A stretch of DNA of 63,993 nucleotides, filler included, from Hyphochytrium catenoides (Eukaryota; Protista; Hyphochytriomycota), in assembly GCA_900088475.1 (NCBI GenBank). It is 7 parts of 7 records of this genome, joined end to end, with 100 filler letters (N's around TTAATTAATTAA, not from the genome) between each part and the next. Parts side by side here need not be neighbours in the genome. Positions count along the whole stretch, not along the records: positions 23,524 to 29,426 come from FLMG01003744.1; positions 29,527 to 56,259 come from FLMG01004160.1; 5 more parts are not named here. One strand, 5' to 3'. The notes under the pieces were generated by a model. That model did no database searches and was not told the origin of the DNA. It was given only the letters and a program-made list of their open reading frames with translations. The translations under genes were made by a program, and so were the position numbers. Below, piece by piece: positions 28,019 to 41,959 of the stretch (its first letter is position 1; each line of letters opens with the position of its first letter).

Positions 28019-28410
28019 TAGTGATGGGTCGTGAGTCCGATTTTCGTCGTGAGTCCGACTCGAGTCCAACTTCTCCAGCTCGGGTGTGGACTCGAGTCCC
28101 TAAGCCTAACATTTACTATTGAGACCCAAGCTGACCCGAGCTGCCTGATATTAACTATGGCTTCCTTTAAGCCTAACATATATATAGGCTGCTGACCCAC
28201 TCTGTCTCACCCCTTCAACGATTATGATGTTGTCAGGATGGTGGACATGGTAGAGGTAGGGTGGGCATCTGGACCGTAGAAGAGGGTGGAACATGCTAAG
28301 CCATACATTATATAGGGGACTCGAGTCCAAGTGAGGTCGGCTCGAGTCGAGCTCCGGCCCGGCTCGACTCGAGTCCGACTCGAGTTGGTCGGACTCACGA
28401 CCCATCACTA
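28019..28410. mobile_element. hAT-type MITE, 392 bp, 22-bp perfect TIRs, 8-bp TSD
   Basis: Left TIR tagtgatgggtcgtgagtccga is the exact reverse complement of right TIR tcggactcacgacccatcacta. Direct repeat gcatatcg at 28011-28018 and 28411-28418. Subterminal gactcgagtc palindromes occur at both ends. Confidence 0.93.
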
Positions 28411-29036
28411 GCATATCGTTGACATTGTATAGCTTCTGGTCGCAATGATGAAGGATGGCATCAGGATAGTCGCGATAGCGGCCAACTGACAACTCTATGC
28501 CAGCAACCAGCGCAGCAACCAGCAGAGAGGGTGGTGGAGGGAGACTCGACTTCGTGAAGCTGCCGCGGTGCTTATTAGACTGCTGAGAGCTTGATAGACA
28601 AAGACTCTATGAAGAAGCAGGGAAAGAGAAGCACCTGGTTTCGTGCTCTGACTTCTTCTGGCGACTGACTGCATCGATTTGAATTGAATCGTCTTCACTA
28701 ACGCTCGCTGTGGTGGTGTTTTGAGCTGTAATTTGTCTCCCTAGGTGAAGATCTTCGTACCAGAAAATGGGGGTTGCCCCCTTATTATATATCAATCACT
28801 GGGGCAGTAACCTCGGCCACACGTGGGGCTGCTGACACCCATTGTATTGTTTCTGGAATGATGGGTGGGCAAAATTGGGTGGTCGAGGATACACAGGTAG
28901 CAGCACAAACACAGCTTGTACGCGTACAAAAGTGACTGGAAAGTGACTCATTTCTTTTGGAAGAAGCAGTAGTGACCAGAAAATGACTGTTTTACCCGAA
29001 AGTGATCAGAAAATGACCACTTTCAGAGTTACAGTG

Positions 29037-29426
29037 TTATGCATCTGATGGTTGATGGTAGCCTCCAGGCCGGATATAGCCTTCGCGGTACAATCGGTTA
29101 GCCAGCACATGACTAACTATAGACAGACTCACTGGACCGCTGTGATGAAGCGGATACTGAGATATCTGAAAGGGACTGCAGACCACTTCTTATGTCTAGG
29201 AGGAGAAGCAACCCCAGACATCATCAATCAGAGTCCAGGACTACAACTCTTTGCAGATGCAGACTGGGCGAGTGATCCTATGGACAGGAAATCCATTTCA
29301 GACTACTTTCTTACACTGGGGAGGACTGGTGCTTTCAGTTGGAAGGCTAAGAAGCAAGACATAGTGGCTTCTTCAAACGCTGAAGCTGAGTGCATCTCAC
29401 TGTGGACCGGAGCCAAACATGCAGAA
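29037..29426 (+). mobile_element. Ty1/copia RT-end/RNase H fragment (runs into contig end)
   Basis: SRPDIAFAVQSVSQHM, KRILRYLKGT, FADADWASDPMDRKSISDY, SWKAKKQ and SNAEAE. Confidence 0.92.
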
Positions 29427-29526
29427 NNNNNNNNNNNNNNNNNNNNNNNNNNNNNNNNNNNNNNNNNNNNTTAATTAATTAANNNNNNNNNNNNNNNNNN
29501 NNNNNNNNNNNNNNNNNNNNNNNNNN
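29427..29526. other. Artificial contig linker
   Basis: N-TTAATTAATTAA-N. Confidence 0.97.
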
Positions 29527-30127
29527 GTTGGACTAAGTTAGCCCCAGTTATAGCTTAGTCCGACAGAACAGAGACAAACTGAAGTTGTCTCCCCAGATAG
29601 TCGTTACCTAGCTACAGCCAGTTATTTTCTCCTTTTGTACTGATTAGTTCTATCTCTGATTACTAATTGCGTTAGCATGTGATTATCATTTCTGATATCC
29701 AATAGCAAAAAGCTTCAAGGTGGAGTTTCTGATTCTTTGATGGCCTTTCTGTCTGAAGAAATCCGCAAGAATAAATGGAGATCGATTCTCATCCGTCGCC
29801 CTTGTTATGGCAGGCGAAAGCAGGAGAGGCAGCGAACGGTTCATTGGTCTCCTGGCGTCTATCGCGCTCTTCCCTGCGGCTCCTCTTCCAATCGCTCTAT
29901 TTTGGAAGCGTTTGTGCAGCATTGTCTAGCCGTTTCTTCGATCCGTTGGTCTTGCACAAGCGTATCTCATCCACCTGCTAGCTTCTCTATTCTCTTCGCT
30001 GTCTCGGTTCTGTCTCATCTTCAAGGCGAGAGTTCTGGCTTGTTGAAATTCTACCAGCTTTTCCCTTTGCCGTGTTGCATGCGGTAGGTCGCTTCAGATT
30101 CAGTGCTCAAAGAAAGCCACGAGCTCG

Positions 30128-31587
30128 ATGGAGAGTCAGAGCCCCGGAGCAGAGGAAGGGAAAGAAGAAGAGGTTGAGTCCACTGCAGGAACTCTCTCTT
30201 CTACTTCCCATCGAGCAGCAAGTATGAAGAGCCCTAGAACAGAAAGAGAGACCGAGGAAGAGAAAGATACCGATGGAGAAAAGAAAGAGAAGACCGTCAA
30301 GCAAAAGCAGCGGGATGCTGTCTTCTTAGCGTATGACAAGCTCGATGTAGGGAACTTTGGCCCCAGAGTCAGATATACGGCTATTGCCGCTGCAAAAGGC
30401 TACCTTGCGTGGGGGTGAGCTTCCCCACGTGCTCTCTCTCTCGCCGTCTCTCTCTCTCTCTCTCTCTCTCTGTTTCTCCCTCTCCTTTCTTTCTCGCTTT
30501 CATTCTTCTCTCTCTCTCTCTTTCTTTCTCTCTCGCTCATTCTTTTTCTCTCTTACTCTCTCTCTTTGCTATTTCGTTCTTTCTCTTTCTGACTTACTCT
30601 CTCTCTCTTCCTCTCTCCTTCGCTCTCTTGTCTCTTGCATTTCGCTCTTATCCCTTCTGTGTCCTCAGGTCCCCCAAAGCCCTTGTCTTACACTTGAACT
30701 CTTTCTTCTGTCTCTCTCTGTGTCTTTCTCTCCTATCTATATTGTTCCTCGCCACATTCACGGTACACCCTTTTGACTCTATCTCTGACACTGGCCTCGC
30801 GGTCTTTCCACGTCCTCATCTCATTCTCTTCTCTTTCTGTCTTTGTTTTCTATTTCCTTACATCTTCTCCTTTCTTTCTCTCCTATCAACAGCGTCCATC
30901 TTCAGATTTACGGTACACTTTTTTGACTCTGTCTCTGATGCTGACCTCGCTGTCTTTCCATCTCCTAAGGGCAAACACAGGTTCAGTGTACCTCTTCGCG
31001 CTCTCTTTATCTCGGGCAGAAGCGCCCAAGTCACCCGCCGGAGCAGGAGAGAGAGAAGGGAGAACAGCAGCAGCAGCAGTGTCTCTCTCTTCGTCCTCGT
31101 CAATCCTGGATGCTGACATTAGCAGCTATCGGACGGACCTGATCCGTATGGCAATGCCTCCAAGTTACGATCGTTCTTCAGTTTCCTCTCTCTCTTTCTC
31201 TCCCTCTCTCCAGACCTTGGCGGTAGGAACAGTAAAGGGAACGGTCTATGTTCTTTCTCTCTCCGATGTAAAACGGTTTGGAGAGAAAGTAGAGGCCTCT
31301 CACGCCATTCACAAGGTACAGACAGCGTCACTGCGAGTCTAGTTGCTCTTTCTCTCTTTCTCTTTCTCTCTCTCTTCTGCCTCTCAGTCTGTCTCATTGT
31401 CTCTCTCTCCCTTTTCTTCTCCCTCTCTTCTCCTTTCACTATCGAACCCCGTGGGCCTTTTCCTCTCAAACCCTCCTGCGCTGCCACTCTCTCTCCTTCT
31501 CTCTCTCTTGGTAGCTCCTGTTCTTCCGCCTCTCTGCCCTTTCTCGTACGTCCTTTCTTCCACGATCTCGCTCGTTCTTTTAGTCGG

Positions 31588-31619
<32 letters not shown>

Positions 31620-32417
31620 CCACTCACTCTCATGCCTGCGTCCTCTTCAAACATCTCAGGGAGGCAGCGTCTCCTGTCTGTTATGGGACCCGATGAGCGG
31701 ACGTCTCTTCTCTTCTTGCTCTCAAGGCCGTGTGGCGCTCTGTACTCTGCGCCCTAATGTTATCTTAGCGTTCACCTTTGGACTCTCCCAAGCAGAGTCA
31801 GAGCTTCTTCTCCAGGAAGAGACCGGGATAGTCCAGGTGAGCCAAGATAATGGAGAGAGATACAAGGAGAAAGAGACAGAGTGGGAGGGACAGGGAGAGT
31901 GAGACGCGGGAGAATAAAGAGGAGTGAGAGAGACAGAAGCAGAGAGAGAGAGGAGAAGAAGAAGAAGAAGAAGAAAGAGGGAGGTCAGTCCCAGGGATAA
32001 AGGCAAAGCCGCTGGTATGGCATTGATCTGAAGCATAGCCTGAGATCGGAAAAAGAGAGAGAGAGACAGACAGACAGACAGACCGAGAAAGAGAAAGAGA
32101 AAGAGAGAGGAAAAGAACAAGGAACTTGTGGAAATGAGACACAATGTTGGTGGACTAAACTTCTTCCTTCCAGTTGGATTTTTGCGTCTCCCGAGGGATG
32201 GAGAAGCTCTTGGTGTCCTCCCACACAAGGACTCTCATACTCCATCTCTCCGGGTCAGAAGACATGAGCGCTATTCAGGTTCTAAGTTCACTCTTTCTCC
32301 CTTCTCTCTCTTTTCGCGTTTTTGACTATCGTTTTCATCTTTGTCTATAAAAGGATCTTCTTCATACTAACGGGTTTCTTTCTTGTGCTTCGTAAATGTC
32401 GGCCCCCTCTCTCTCTT

Positions 32418-32462
<45 letters not shown>

Positions 32463-32513
32463 TTTTCTCTCTCTCTCTCTCTCTCTTTTTTTCTCTCTCT
32501 CTCTCTTTCTCTT

Positions 32514-32547
<34 letters not shown>

Positions 32548-32738
32548 GCTCTCTCTTTCGCCCTTCAGCCTCCACCACTGTAGATCTATCTAGTCCGTTC
32601 TTTTTCTCTCTCTTTTCCTCTCTCTCTCTCGTACCGCAAGAGCTCTCATTTCTTGTCTCATGTTCATCTCTCCTCGTTGCATTTCCTTTGCCTAGCTTCT
32701 TTACTAATAGGGTGATCTAACCTCCTTATTCTTCTTCT

Positions 32739-32818
<80 letters not shown>

Positions 32819-33132
32819 TGCAGATTGGCTCAAAGCCTCGCCAGGGCACTTACGGAGCCATTTTCCACGACAGCAGCGGGAGAGAGGCAGCGCCGGCGCC
32901 TCATCTCCCTCTCAAGGTCCTCAGCGCCCGTCCAGGTAACCCAGTTAGCCCAGCTGTCTCTTTGGTTGTGATTGACGGATGTTGCGTCTTAGGCAAGAGA
33001 TTGTGGGTGGGTAACCCGGATAGTGGGAAGGTGGTCTCCACCTTGAAGTTCTCTGTGAATGCGCCACCGAACCATTTCCTGGGCATAGAGGACGCACATG
33101 GTACACTCTCTCTCTCTCTCTCTGTCTCTCTT

Positions 33133-33163
<31 letters not shown>

Positions 33164-34196
33164 GTCTCTCTCTCTCTCTCTCTTGCTGTCTCGTCATGTC
33201 TCTCTTCTCCTCTCTCGCTTTCAATCTCCTCCCCTCTCTCTCTCTTGCTGTCTCGTCATCTCTCTTTTCTCCTTTCGCTTTCAATCTCCCTCCCTTCCTC
33301 GCACAAACGTTGCTCTATCTCTTCACCCTTTCCTTTTCTTTCATGTCAGCCACCCCATCTCTACTCTTCTGCCTAGAGACGGCTTTTCTCTTCGTATTTC
33401 TCTTTCTCTTATCTCTTCTCTCTTCTTCTTCCCTAACTGATTGCTCCGTGGTTTTTCTCAAGCTCTCAAGGACCATGCCCGAATGCGTTCTTCTTAATAT
33501 CATTCGTCTCGTGCTTTCTTTGCTCCAGAGCTCTTCTCTCTCTCTCTCTCCTATCTTCTCTCTCTTTCCGTTATCTGTCACTCTTCGCTATCCTCTCCTT
33601 CGCGACGGGCACTACTTCTTTGGCCTCGATTCTCCCTTTATCTTTCTCTCTTTTCTAGTCTGGGGACTTCTCTTGGTAACGAAGCGGCTCTCTCTCTTTC
33701 CTCTTCCACTCATCGGCCCCAGTGTCAGACATTCGGAGCCATAATTTTGGTCAGTTGGACGCCTTTAACTTCAGGGAAGAGACGAAGAGAGACGATGGCT
33801 CTTTCTCCTCTTCCGCAATCTCTCTCTCCCCACAGCTGCTCAGCTGGAGCAGAGGCGGCAGCGCGCTGTTCTGTCTTGACGTAGACGATGTCAGTGTTCC
33901 TGCCTGGCATTTGGACCTGGGAGAGCTGCATGACTTGGCGGTAAGGTTTTGTCTTCACGCTATCTTTGCTCTTTCTTTCTCTTCTCTCTTTCTCCCTCTC
34001 TCTCTCTCTCTCCTTTGTCTTCCTTACTTCATCTCTCCTATCGACTGCATTTGAATATCTTCCTTTGGGGGCGAAATCAGTCAATTCGGTTCCTTTCTTC
34101 TTTTGCACTGGTTTCTCCGTGATGTGTGTATGAGAACCCCTCTTTTCTCTCTTGCTCTCTTCCTTCCTCTCTCTCTTTCTCCCTCTCTCTTTCTCC

Positions 34197-34291
<95 letters not shown>

Positions 34292-34526
34292 CCCTTTTTC
34301 CTTCTTTTTTGGGTGTGTCTCTCTCCTCGAGTGCCCTTTTCCTTCTCTGTCGTCGTCTTGCTCCCTCCTCTTCTATTTCTGTCTGTCTCAGTCTCTCTCT
34401 TTCTCTCTCCCTCTTTTTCTTTTTTAACGTGTGTCTCTCTCCTCTGAGTGTCTTTTTTCTTCTCTGTCGTCATCTTGCTTCCTCCTCTTCTATTCTGTCT
34501 CTCTCTCTCTTTCTCTCTCTCTCTCA

Positions 34527-34566
<40 letters not shown>

Positions 34567-35012
34567 TGCATGAATTCTAATTTGCTCTTGGTTAGGTACT
34601 CAGAGGCCCCACTCCCCGCATATTTGTCCTGCATGGAGAAAGGTGTCAGACCGCCGTGATCACTCCTTGCAGCCTCCTTCAGTACATCAAAAGGGCGGCC
34701 AAACTGGACATCTACCAGGCGTTTAAGGTGCGGCACTGTGAGGAGAGAGAGAGAGAGAGAGAGAGAGGAGAAGACGAAGAAATCCTTTTCGTCTTCTATG
34801 GACCTAAAGGAGAGACACGTTAGAGAGAAACTGCAAAGAAAGAGAGAAACAGCAAAGCATGAGTATGGTGAGGGATGCAAGAGAAAGAAAGAGTTCCTAC
34901 TTAGAGAAAGCCATAGGAAGAGAGGGAACGAGTTCAAGAGGAGAGAAGACAAATAGAGTTCGGATTTGAATAAGAGCAGGAGCCTGAGGAACTATCTTCT
35001 CTCCCCCCCCTT

Positions 35013-35070
<58 letters not shown>

Positions 35071-38000
35071 CCCCCTCCTCTCTATGTCTGTCTGTCTGTC
35101 TCTCTCTCCTCTCTGACTTTCTCTCTCTTTGTCTCTCTCTGTTTGTACTCCATAGCTGGCTGTCGAGTACGAGGTTGAAGATCTCGCCCTATTGAAAGTA
35201 CTTCAAGACAGTATGGAAGAGGAGGAGAGAAAGATGCAAATTGAATTAGATGAAAGAGAAGGGGGAGAGAAAGGTAAGTTTTTGTCTCTGTTCTCCATAG
35301 GCAGACCATGTCCTTCTCTCTCTCCCTCTCGTGTCTGTCTCTCTCCTCTCTCTCTCTCCTGCCCCCCTTGTTCTAGTCCTGTCACATCCTAGCTCGCCGT
35401 TCTCTCTCTCTGACCTTGTTCTCTCCCTGGTTCGTTTTCTTAGGAGAAAAAGAGGTCAAGGCAAACTTTCGGATACTTCTGGAGAGAGCAAGAAAAGTCT
35501 CTCTCGCCAGATTAGCTCAGGAGTCAGGCGCTGGGACGGGAGAGGAAGGGCAATCTGTCTCCTCCTTGATTCTCACTGCTAAGATGGCTGAGGCTGGTGA
35601 GGCTGCCACGTGCTCCCCCATTCTCTCTCTCTCTCTCTCTCTCTCTTGCTCTGTCTCCCGTCTCTCTCTCTTAAGGTTTGTTTGGGTTAAAAATTGCCAA
35701 CCTTCCTCTCTTGTACATATACCGAGGGGTCTACTCCTAGTATTGTCTCTGTCTCTCTCTCTCTCTTTCTCTCTCTTCTCACTCCTTCGTTCTAAACCTT
35801 ATTTTGCAGGCTTCTGGCCCTCTGCTGAGGCCAAGGCAGAGCTTAAGGGTAAGGAAAGGTTCTTCTCCTTTAGGAGTTCTACCCTGCTCTTCAACCTCTT
35901 TCTTTTTCTTCCACTTGTCTCTTCGTTTTCTTTCTTCATGAATAGTCAGGAAAACCTCTATTAGGAGCCAGAACTTCTGCCCTTGCACTTTGAGCATCGC
36001 TTTTCCTTTTTTGCATTGCTCTCTCTGCCTCTCTCTCTCTCCTCTCTCTCTCTTTTCTCTCTCTCCTTTCTTTCTCTCTTCGTTATCTCTCTCTTCTTTC
36101 TGTTTCTCTCTCTCTCGCCTTCCCCCCTTTTTCTCTCTCTGTCGCTCTCCCTCTCTCTCTCTCTCTTTCTCTCTTTCTCTCTCTCACACTACCCTATCTC
36201 TTCACTCTGTTTCTTCCGCTCCCCCGTATCTGGCTAAGCTTATAGTTCCTCTCCAACTTTGAACCTCTTTCTCTCTTCGCTGAAGTTCCCGCGCGGGTGG
36301 CGCGTCGTTACGATCTGAAGCCTAAGAAGAAGGTTCAAGTTCTCACTCTCCCGGAAGATGAGACTGTTTTTGATAGAAGACTTGCAGCTGCGAGGCGGTG
36401 GGTTACCAAGCTTCTTTGTGCATGTGCAAGAGAGAGAGAGAGAGAAAAAGCGAGAGAGAGAGAGAGAAAAAAGAGAGAGAGAGAATAAAAATTCTGTAAT
36501 ACAGAGAGAGAATTGCCAGTATAGAGAGAGAGAAATGTCACATGGAAGAAAGAGAGCGACAAAAAAGAGTGTGTCACTCGCAGAGAGGCAAATCTTAGAT
36601 AAAAGAGAGAGAGAGAGACAGCGCGGTGCCATTGAAGAGACAAGGTCTAGTTGTACCCGCTACATTGCGAAGTTCTTAGGACTTTATCTCTCTCTCTCTT
36701 TCGCTTCTCTCTCTCTCCCTTCAACAATCTATTCGTCATCAAATCAGAGAGTTCCAGCGGCGGCGGACGGGAAGCGATGAATGGCATCCAGAGAGAGAAG
36801 AGAATGAGAGAGAGGAAGCTCTCGGTCTGTATCGAAGCAGCGTGGCAAGCCCCAGGTAGAGGGAGAGAGAGTGGAGTGAAAGAAGGGCAAGCATCCTGCA
36901 GGAGGAGGCGTCTACCTGCGGATATTAGGTAGAATAGGACTAGCGAAAGACGAAAGAGAGAGAGAGAGAGAAAGAAAATGGAGGGAAGAGAAAGGGGGAG
37001 AGAAAGAGAGAGAAAGAGGCGAGGGAGGGAGAGAAACTTGTTATGTTTAGCAGTCTGACGTCTCTCTCGCTCTCCCCCTTTGCCGTCATGACACGTACAT
37101 CCTCCCTCTGTTTGGGTCAACGTCTCTCTTTTCTGCATCTCTCTCTCTCTCTTTTCCTCTTCTTCCCTGCTATGGTTCTCCCGAACTCGATAGAGTAAGC
37201 GGCCAGGCATCATTCTCTCTTCAAGGCGCCAGTTTCCTAAATCCGGAAGAGCTCTTTCGCATTGCCTTACTGGACAACGCTAACTTTCAGCAGGGTAACG
37301 ATTACTCTCTCTTCCTCTAGAATGTTGTCTGTCCTTTGGCACCTCTCTCTCTCTCTCTCTTTGTCTCCTTGTTTTCTCTCTTCCTCCCTCTCATCCATCG
37401 TTCTTTACCTTCTACCTGCCTCTTCTCTCTTCTCTTCCTTTTAGCCCGTATCATCTGTTTATCTTTTCTCTCTTTTTGCTCTTTCTCTTTCTTCTTAATT
37501 TCCTGATCCTTCTTTCTCTCTCTCCTCTTTAGATGAAAAGAGCGACCCTTTCTCTTCCCCTCTGTCCGCCGTCAAGTCGGATACGGAGATTCTCATGGAC
37601 GCTATCAGCAAGGCATTGTGGGAGGAAGAGAAGAGGAAGGGCAGAGGCGGAGAGAGAGAAGACACGAAAGAATTAAATGGAGAGGAAACGAAGACAGAAG
37701 AGAGAAGAGAAGAAGGAGATAACGGCAGTACGTGCTCCTCTGTACTCCCAACACTCTTCCTTTCTCTCTCTCTCTCTCTTTTGACTTCTAAGCTAAGATT
37801 CGCTTCTCCTCTCTTTTTGTCACGTCTTCTGCCCTGTCGACGGTTTTCTCGTTCTTACCTTTTCCTTCTTTCTCTTTTTCTCTTTCTCTGGAGCGTAACT
37901 CTCCTGATCACTACGTCTCGCGCTCTCCATCTCTCTTCCAACCAGAACTCATTCTCCGCTTTCTCTCTCTCTTTTTCTATATCTATCTATCTAATTTCCC

Positions 38001-38432
38001 TATCTATATCTATCTGTCTCTATCGGGTTTCCTATGTCTCTCTCTCCTATGCTTCCCTTCCTGTCTCTCTCCCATCCCCATCTCTCTCCTTCCTTCCCTC
38101 CCATACTTTAGTCTTTTCTCTCTCATTTCTCCCCGCTCACAACGTCTCTCTCTCCTCTACTTTTTAGCGCCACTTGCGGGAGAGAAACTGCAATCGCCGC
38201 CGTCTTCGCCTATAAAAACTGCAGAGCCGCCCGGAACAAATCAGAAACTCTCTTCGGCGGTGGAGCCCGAAGAGAGAGAAGAGAAAGTTCTCTCTCCCTC
38301 TGTCTCTCCTGTTATTTTCAAGCCAATTGCTAGAGGAGGCTCCATGAGGAAGAGAAGTCTACCTTTTGCCCCTGCAAGCGCCCGTGGAGCTGTTATTGTG
38401 AAGAGAGGTTCAGAGGAAACAGGTGCGCATGT

Positions 38433-38463
<31 letters not shown>

Positions 38464-39970
38464 TTTATTTTCCTTCGACGGCATCGTGTAACGCTCGAGA
38501 AGCTCTGTTCTGTCTAAAAGTGGAGTCTCTTCTTTCTTCTCTCTTCCCTCTAAAGCGCTGTGGCTTGCTCCTGAATAGGAGAGACCTTCAGACAACGGAT
38601 GACGCGTTTGAAGGAGAGAGGGGAAGAAGTGAGGAACTCAGGAATCTTACCTGTAAGCGAGCGCTGTGACCAACCAGGAGCTATTCTTTTCTTTTCTTTT
38701 TCTCTCTCTCTCTCGCTTTTTTTCTCTCTTCTTTCTTCTCTTTGGGGTTTGCTTCGTTTTTCTGCAGATGCAAGAGCGCTCAGGGCTGCTTCTCTTTTTG
38801 AAAGGAGGTGCTAGTTTTTTTTTTTATTTCTCTCACATTGCTCGCTCTCTGCATTCCCGCACTTTCTCTCTTCTTCTCTCTCTCTCTCTCTTTTTCTCTT
38901 TGTCCTAAAAGATACTTCCTGAGGCGTCTATGGTGACTCTGGCCGTTGAGTTGGTGAGAGAAAGTATCCAGAGCGGGTTCTATGCCGTGGCTCTTGACAT
39001 TGTGCAGGTATACTGGATGCCACCTCTCTCTCTCTTCTCCCAGCCACTGTCTCCCTCTCTCTTTCTCTCTCTCTCTTTCTATCTCTCTCTTTCTATCTCT
39101 CTCTTTTCTCTCTCTCTCCTAGATGCTTCAATATGAGAGCACTCTCACTTTTGCTTCCCTCGCCCTTGCTTCTCTGTAGATCTCTCTTCTTCCCACTGAG
39201 TCTCTCTCTCTTTTGAATCTCTCTCTCTCCTCTCCGTCTTTGTTTACTCGGCTCTTTCTCTTTGTAGTACTGAAAGTATCCCTTTCTCTTTCCATTGAGC
39301 TTCACATCACTCTATCACTCTTCTCTGTTCTTTCCTTTCTAGCTCTCATCTCTCTTCATCTTAACCTCTCTCCTTTATGCGACGCCTATCTCTAACAATG
39401 TGTCTCTTTCTCTTTCTCTCTCTCTCTCTCTCTCCCTCTGTCTCTCTCTCTCTCTCTCTCTCTCTTTTGTTATGTTGCCAGTTTCTTGTTTCGTCTTTCT
39501 CTCCAACTTCATCAAGTTTAGACCTGGCAGCTCCAGGTCAGAAGAAACATTGCATCTAAGCCTCCTTTTCCTTCTCTCTCTCTCTCTCTCTCTTGACTTC
39601 ATCCCAACTCGTAGTCTAGAAAAGTCCTTATCTCTCCCCTACACGGCGCCTTCTTTTCTACATTCTCTCTCTCTCTCTCTCTCTCTCGTTTCCCTATTCT
39701 TCTCTCTCTCCTTCTCTCTGTCCTCCTCTGTCAGCCATCACTTTTACTGTCCACACCTTTTTTGTCTCTCTGTTCTGTCCTTAGTCTTTTCTGTCTCTCT
39801 CACTCGATCCTTTTATTGAAAGAATAGGACTGTCTTTACATCTCATCTCACTTTGTTCTCTCTTCCTCATGAGTTCTCTTCCGCTGGCCATGACTTACCT
39901 TCCTCTCCTTTCTCTTCCCATCCCTCTTCTCTCGCACTGTTTCTCTCTCTCTCTCATCACATCCACATCC

Positions 39971-40038
<68 letters not shown>

Positions 40039-40300
40039 ATCACATCCACACCCACACTCTCTCTCCCTCTCATATCCATACACACACACACTCTCTCTCT
40101 CCCTCTGTCTCTCACAATGCCTTTCTTTCCCCAAAGATTTTTCTCCTCCCTCTTTCCTGGAAGAGCTTCGCATTTTGCTGACCTTTTACCTTCAACTCCG
40201 GATCGCTCCCGGATTTCTAAGAATAGAGAAAGAAGAAGAAGACGCCGCTGGTAGGAACGGAATCTAGACAGCTAAGAGAGAGAGAGAGACAGGAGAGGGG

Positions 40301-40356
<56 letters not shown>

Positions 40357-41001
40357 AGGAGGAAGAGATCCACTAGGAAGACGATTCATTTGTTAAATGA
40401 TGGTTCATTTGTTATGGGAGGAAGACGGAATTCATGTTGAGATGATTGAGAGAAGGAGGGCGAAGGGAGAGACGGGGAAAGAAAGCGACAAAACGAGAGA
40501 GAGCGAGAAGAGAAAAGAAAGACACGGAAGAGCAGACGCGCAATTTCTCCTCCTTCCGGGCTCTTTTCCGTTTCTTTTTTCTGTCCTCATGTCCATTATC
40601 TCGAGGTGTCTCTTTCTCTGGCAGCTCCGTCCTGGTTCCTCTCTCTCCTAGAACCGTCTAATCTAAGAGATTCCCTTCCTGTCTCTCTCCCGAACTTTGT
40701 TCTCTCTTTGCTCTCCCTCTCCCCATCTGTCTCTGTCTCTTCGGGTTGCAGAGACTCCGTATAGCCGAGTGCTTGGCGTCAAAGTGAGTCGTGAGAGAAT
40801 ATTCCGCACGCACATCAAAATGTTTCTCTCTCTGCCTCTTGTTGCTTTACCGCTCGTATCCTCTCTATTATCGCTCTCTCTCTCTCTCTGTTCTCTCCGG
40901 CCTTCTGAATGTCCCTCGCTCCTCTTTTTTATTGCTCTTCTCCTTATCCTTCTCTCTCTGCATCTTTCTCTCTTCCTCTCTCTCCCCCCTTTCCCCTGGC
41001 T

Positions 41002-41038
<37 letters not shown>

Positions 41039-41920
41039 CTCTCTTATATCCCATGTTCCTTATCTTCTCTAACCTGATTCTCTTTCCCCGCACGTGAATG
41101 ATTGTCCTTTAGGTATTCCTCGGTCAGGAAAGAGAGAGAGAAGAAAGAAGAGAGTTCTCTCCTGAGGGCCTCTCTTCTCTCTTGAAAGAAGAGGAAGCCA
41201 TAGAGTTTATTAAAAGCTATCCTCCTCCTTTCTTCCTCTTCCCTGACTCTCTCTATGCCTCCTGCGCGGCCGCACAGTACTTTAAGGCTTGTGAACTGCT
41301 CAAGGTGACACACTCTGTCGGCCCCTTCTCCTCTCAGACTCTGTACATTCTTAAGGCTCTCTCACGGCTCATTCTCTCTCTGCTGTTTCTCTCCTCTTCT
41401 CCTATATTCTCTCTCTCTCTCTCTCTTCTTCCTTGGAACACCCACTATCCTCTCTTACTCCACCCTTTCTCTGTCTCTCCCGCTCTTCGTCTCGCTGTAT
41501 CTGTTTCTCCCCTCTCTTCCTCGCTGTCTCTCCTCCTCTGTGTCTCTCTCTCTCTTTCGCTCCCTTTCTCTCGCTTTCTCTCTCTCTTGGCATTTCTTGT
41601 AGCACGAGACGAAGCTTAGTTGACTCACTACGTTTTGCTTTTCTCCTCTCTCCCTTGTCCGCAGGAGCTCTTCCTCGCGGCCAAAGGCGCTGAGAAGACA
41701 CCTGGAAAGCCTCAGCGTCTAAGGCGGGACGTAAGACTCCTTCCGATCTCTCTCTCTCTCTCTCTTAGTCTCTTTCTCTCCGCTCTTGCAGTCTCTTCTT
41801 TGTTGAACTCATGGACACACTCTCTCTCTTCCTTTCTTCCCCAAATTCTTATCTGTCCAGCAAGACGTTGGGTGCGGCTGCTACGAGAGAACCTCTTCCG
41901 AGGCAGCCCTCTTTACTTTC

Positions 41921-41959
<39 letters not shown>

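Noticed and set aside
28019-28410. Repeated palindromic gactcgagtc units resembling a CRISPR array
   Set aside because: No regular repeat-spacer period; explained as MITE subterminal repeats bounded by TIRs and a TSD.
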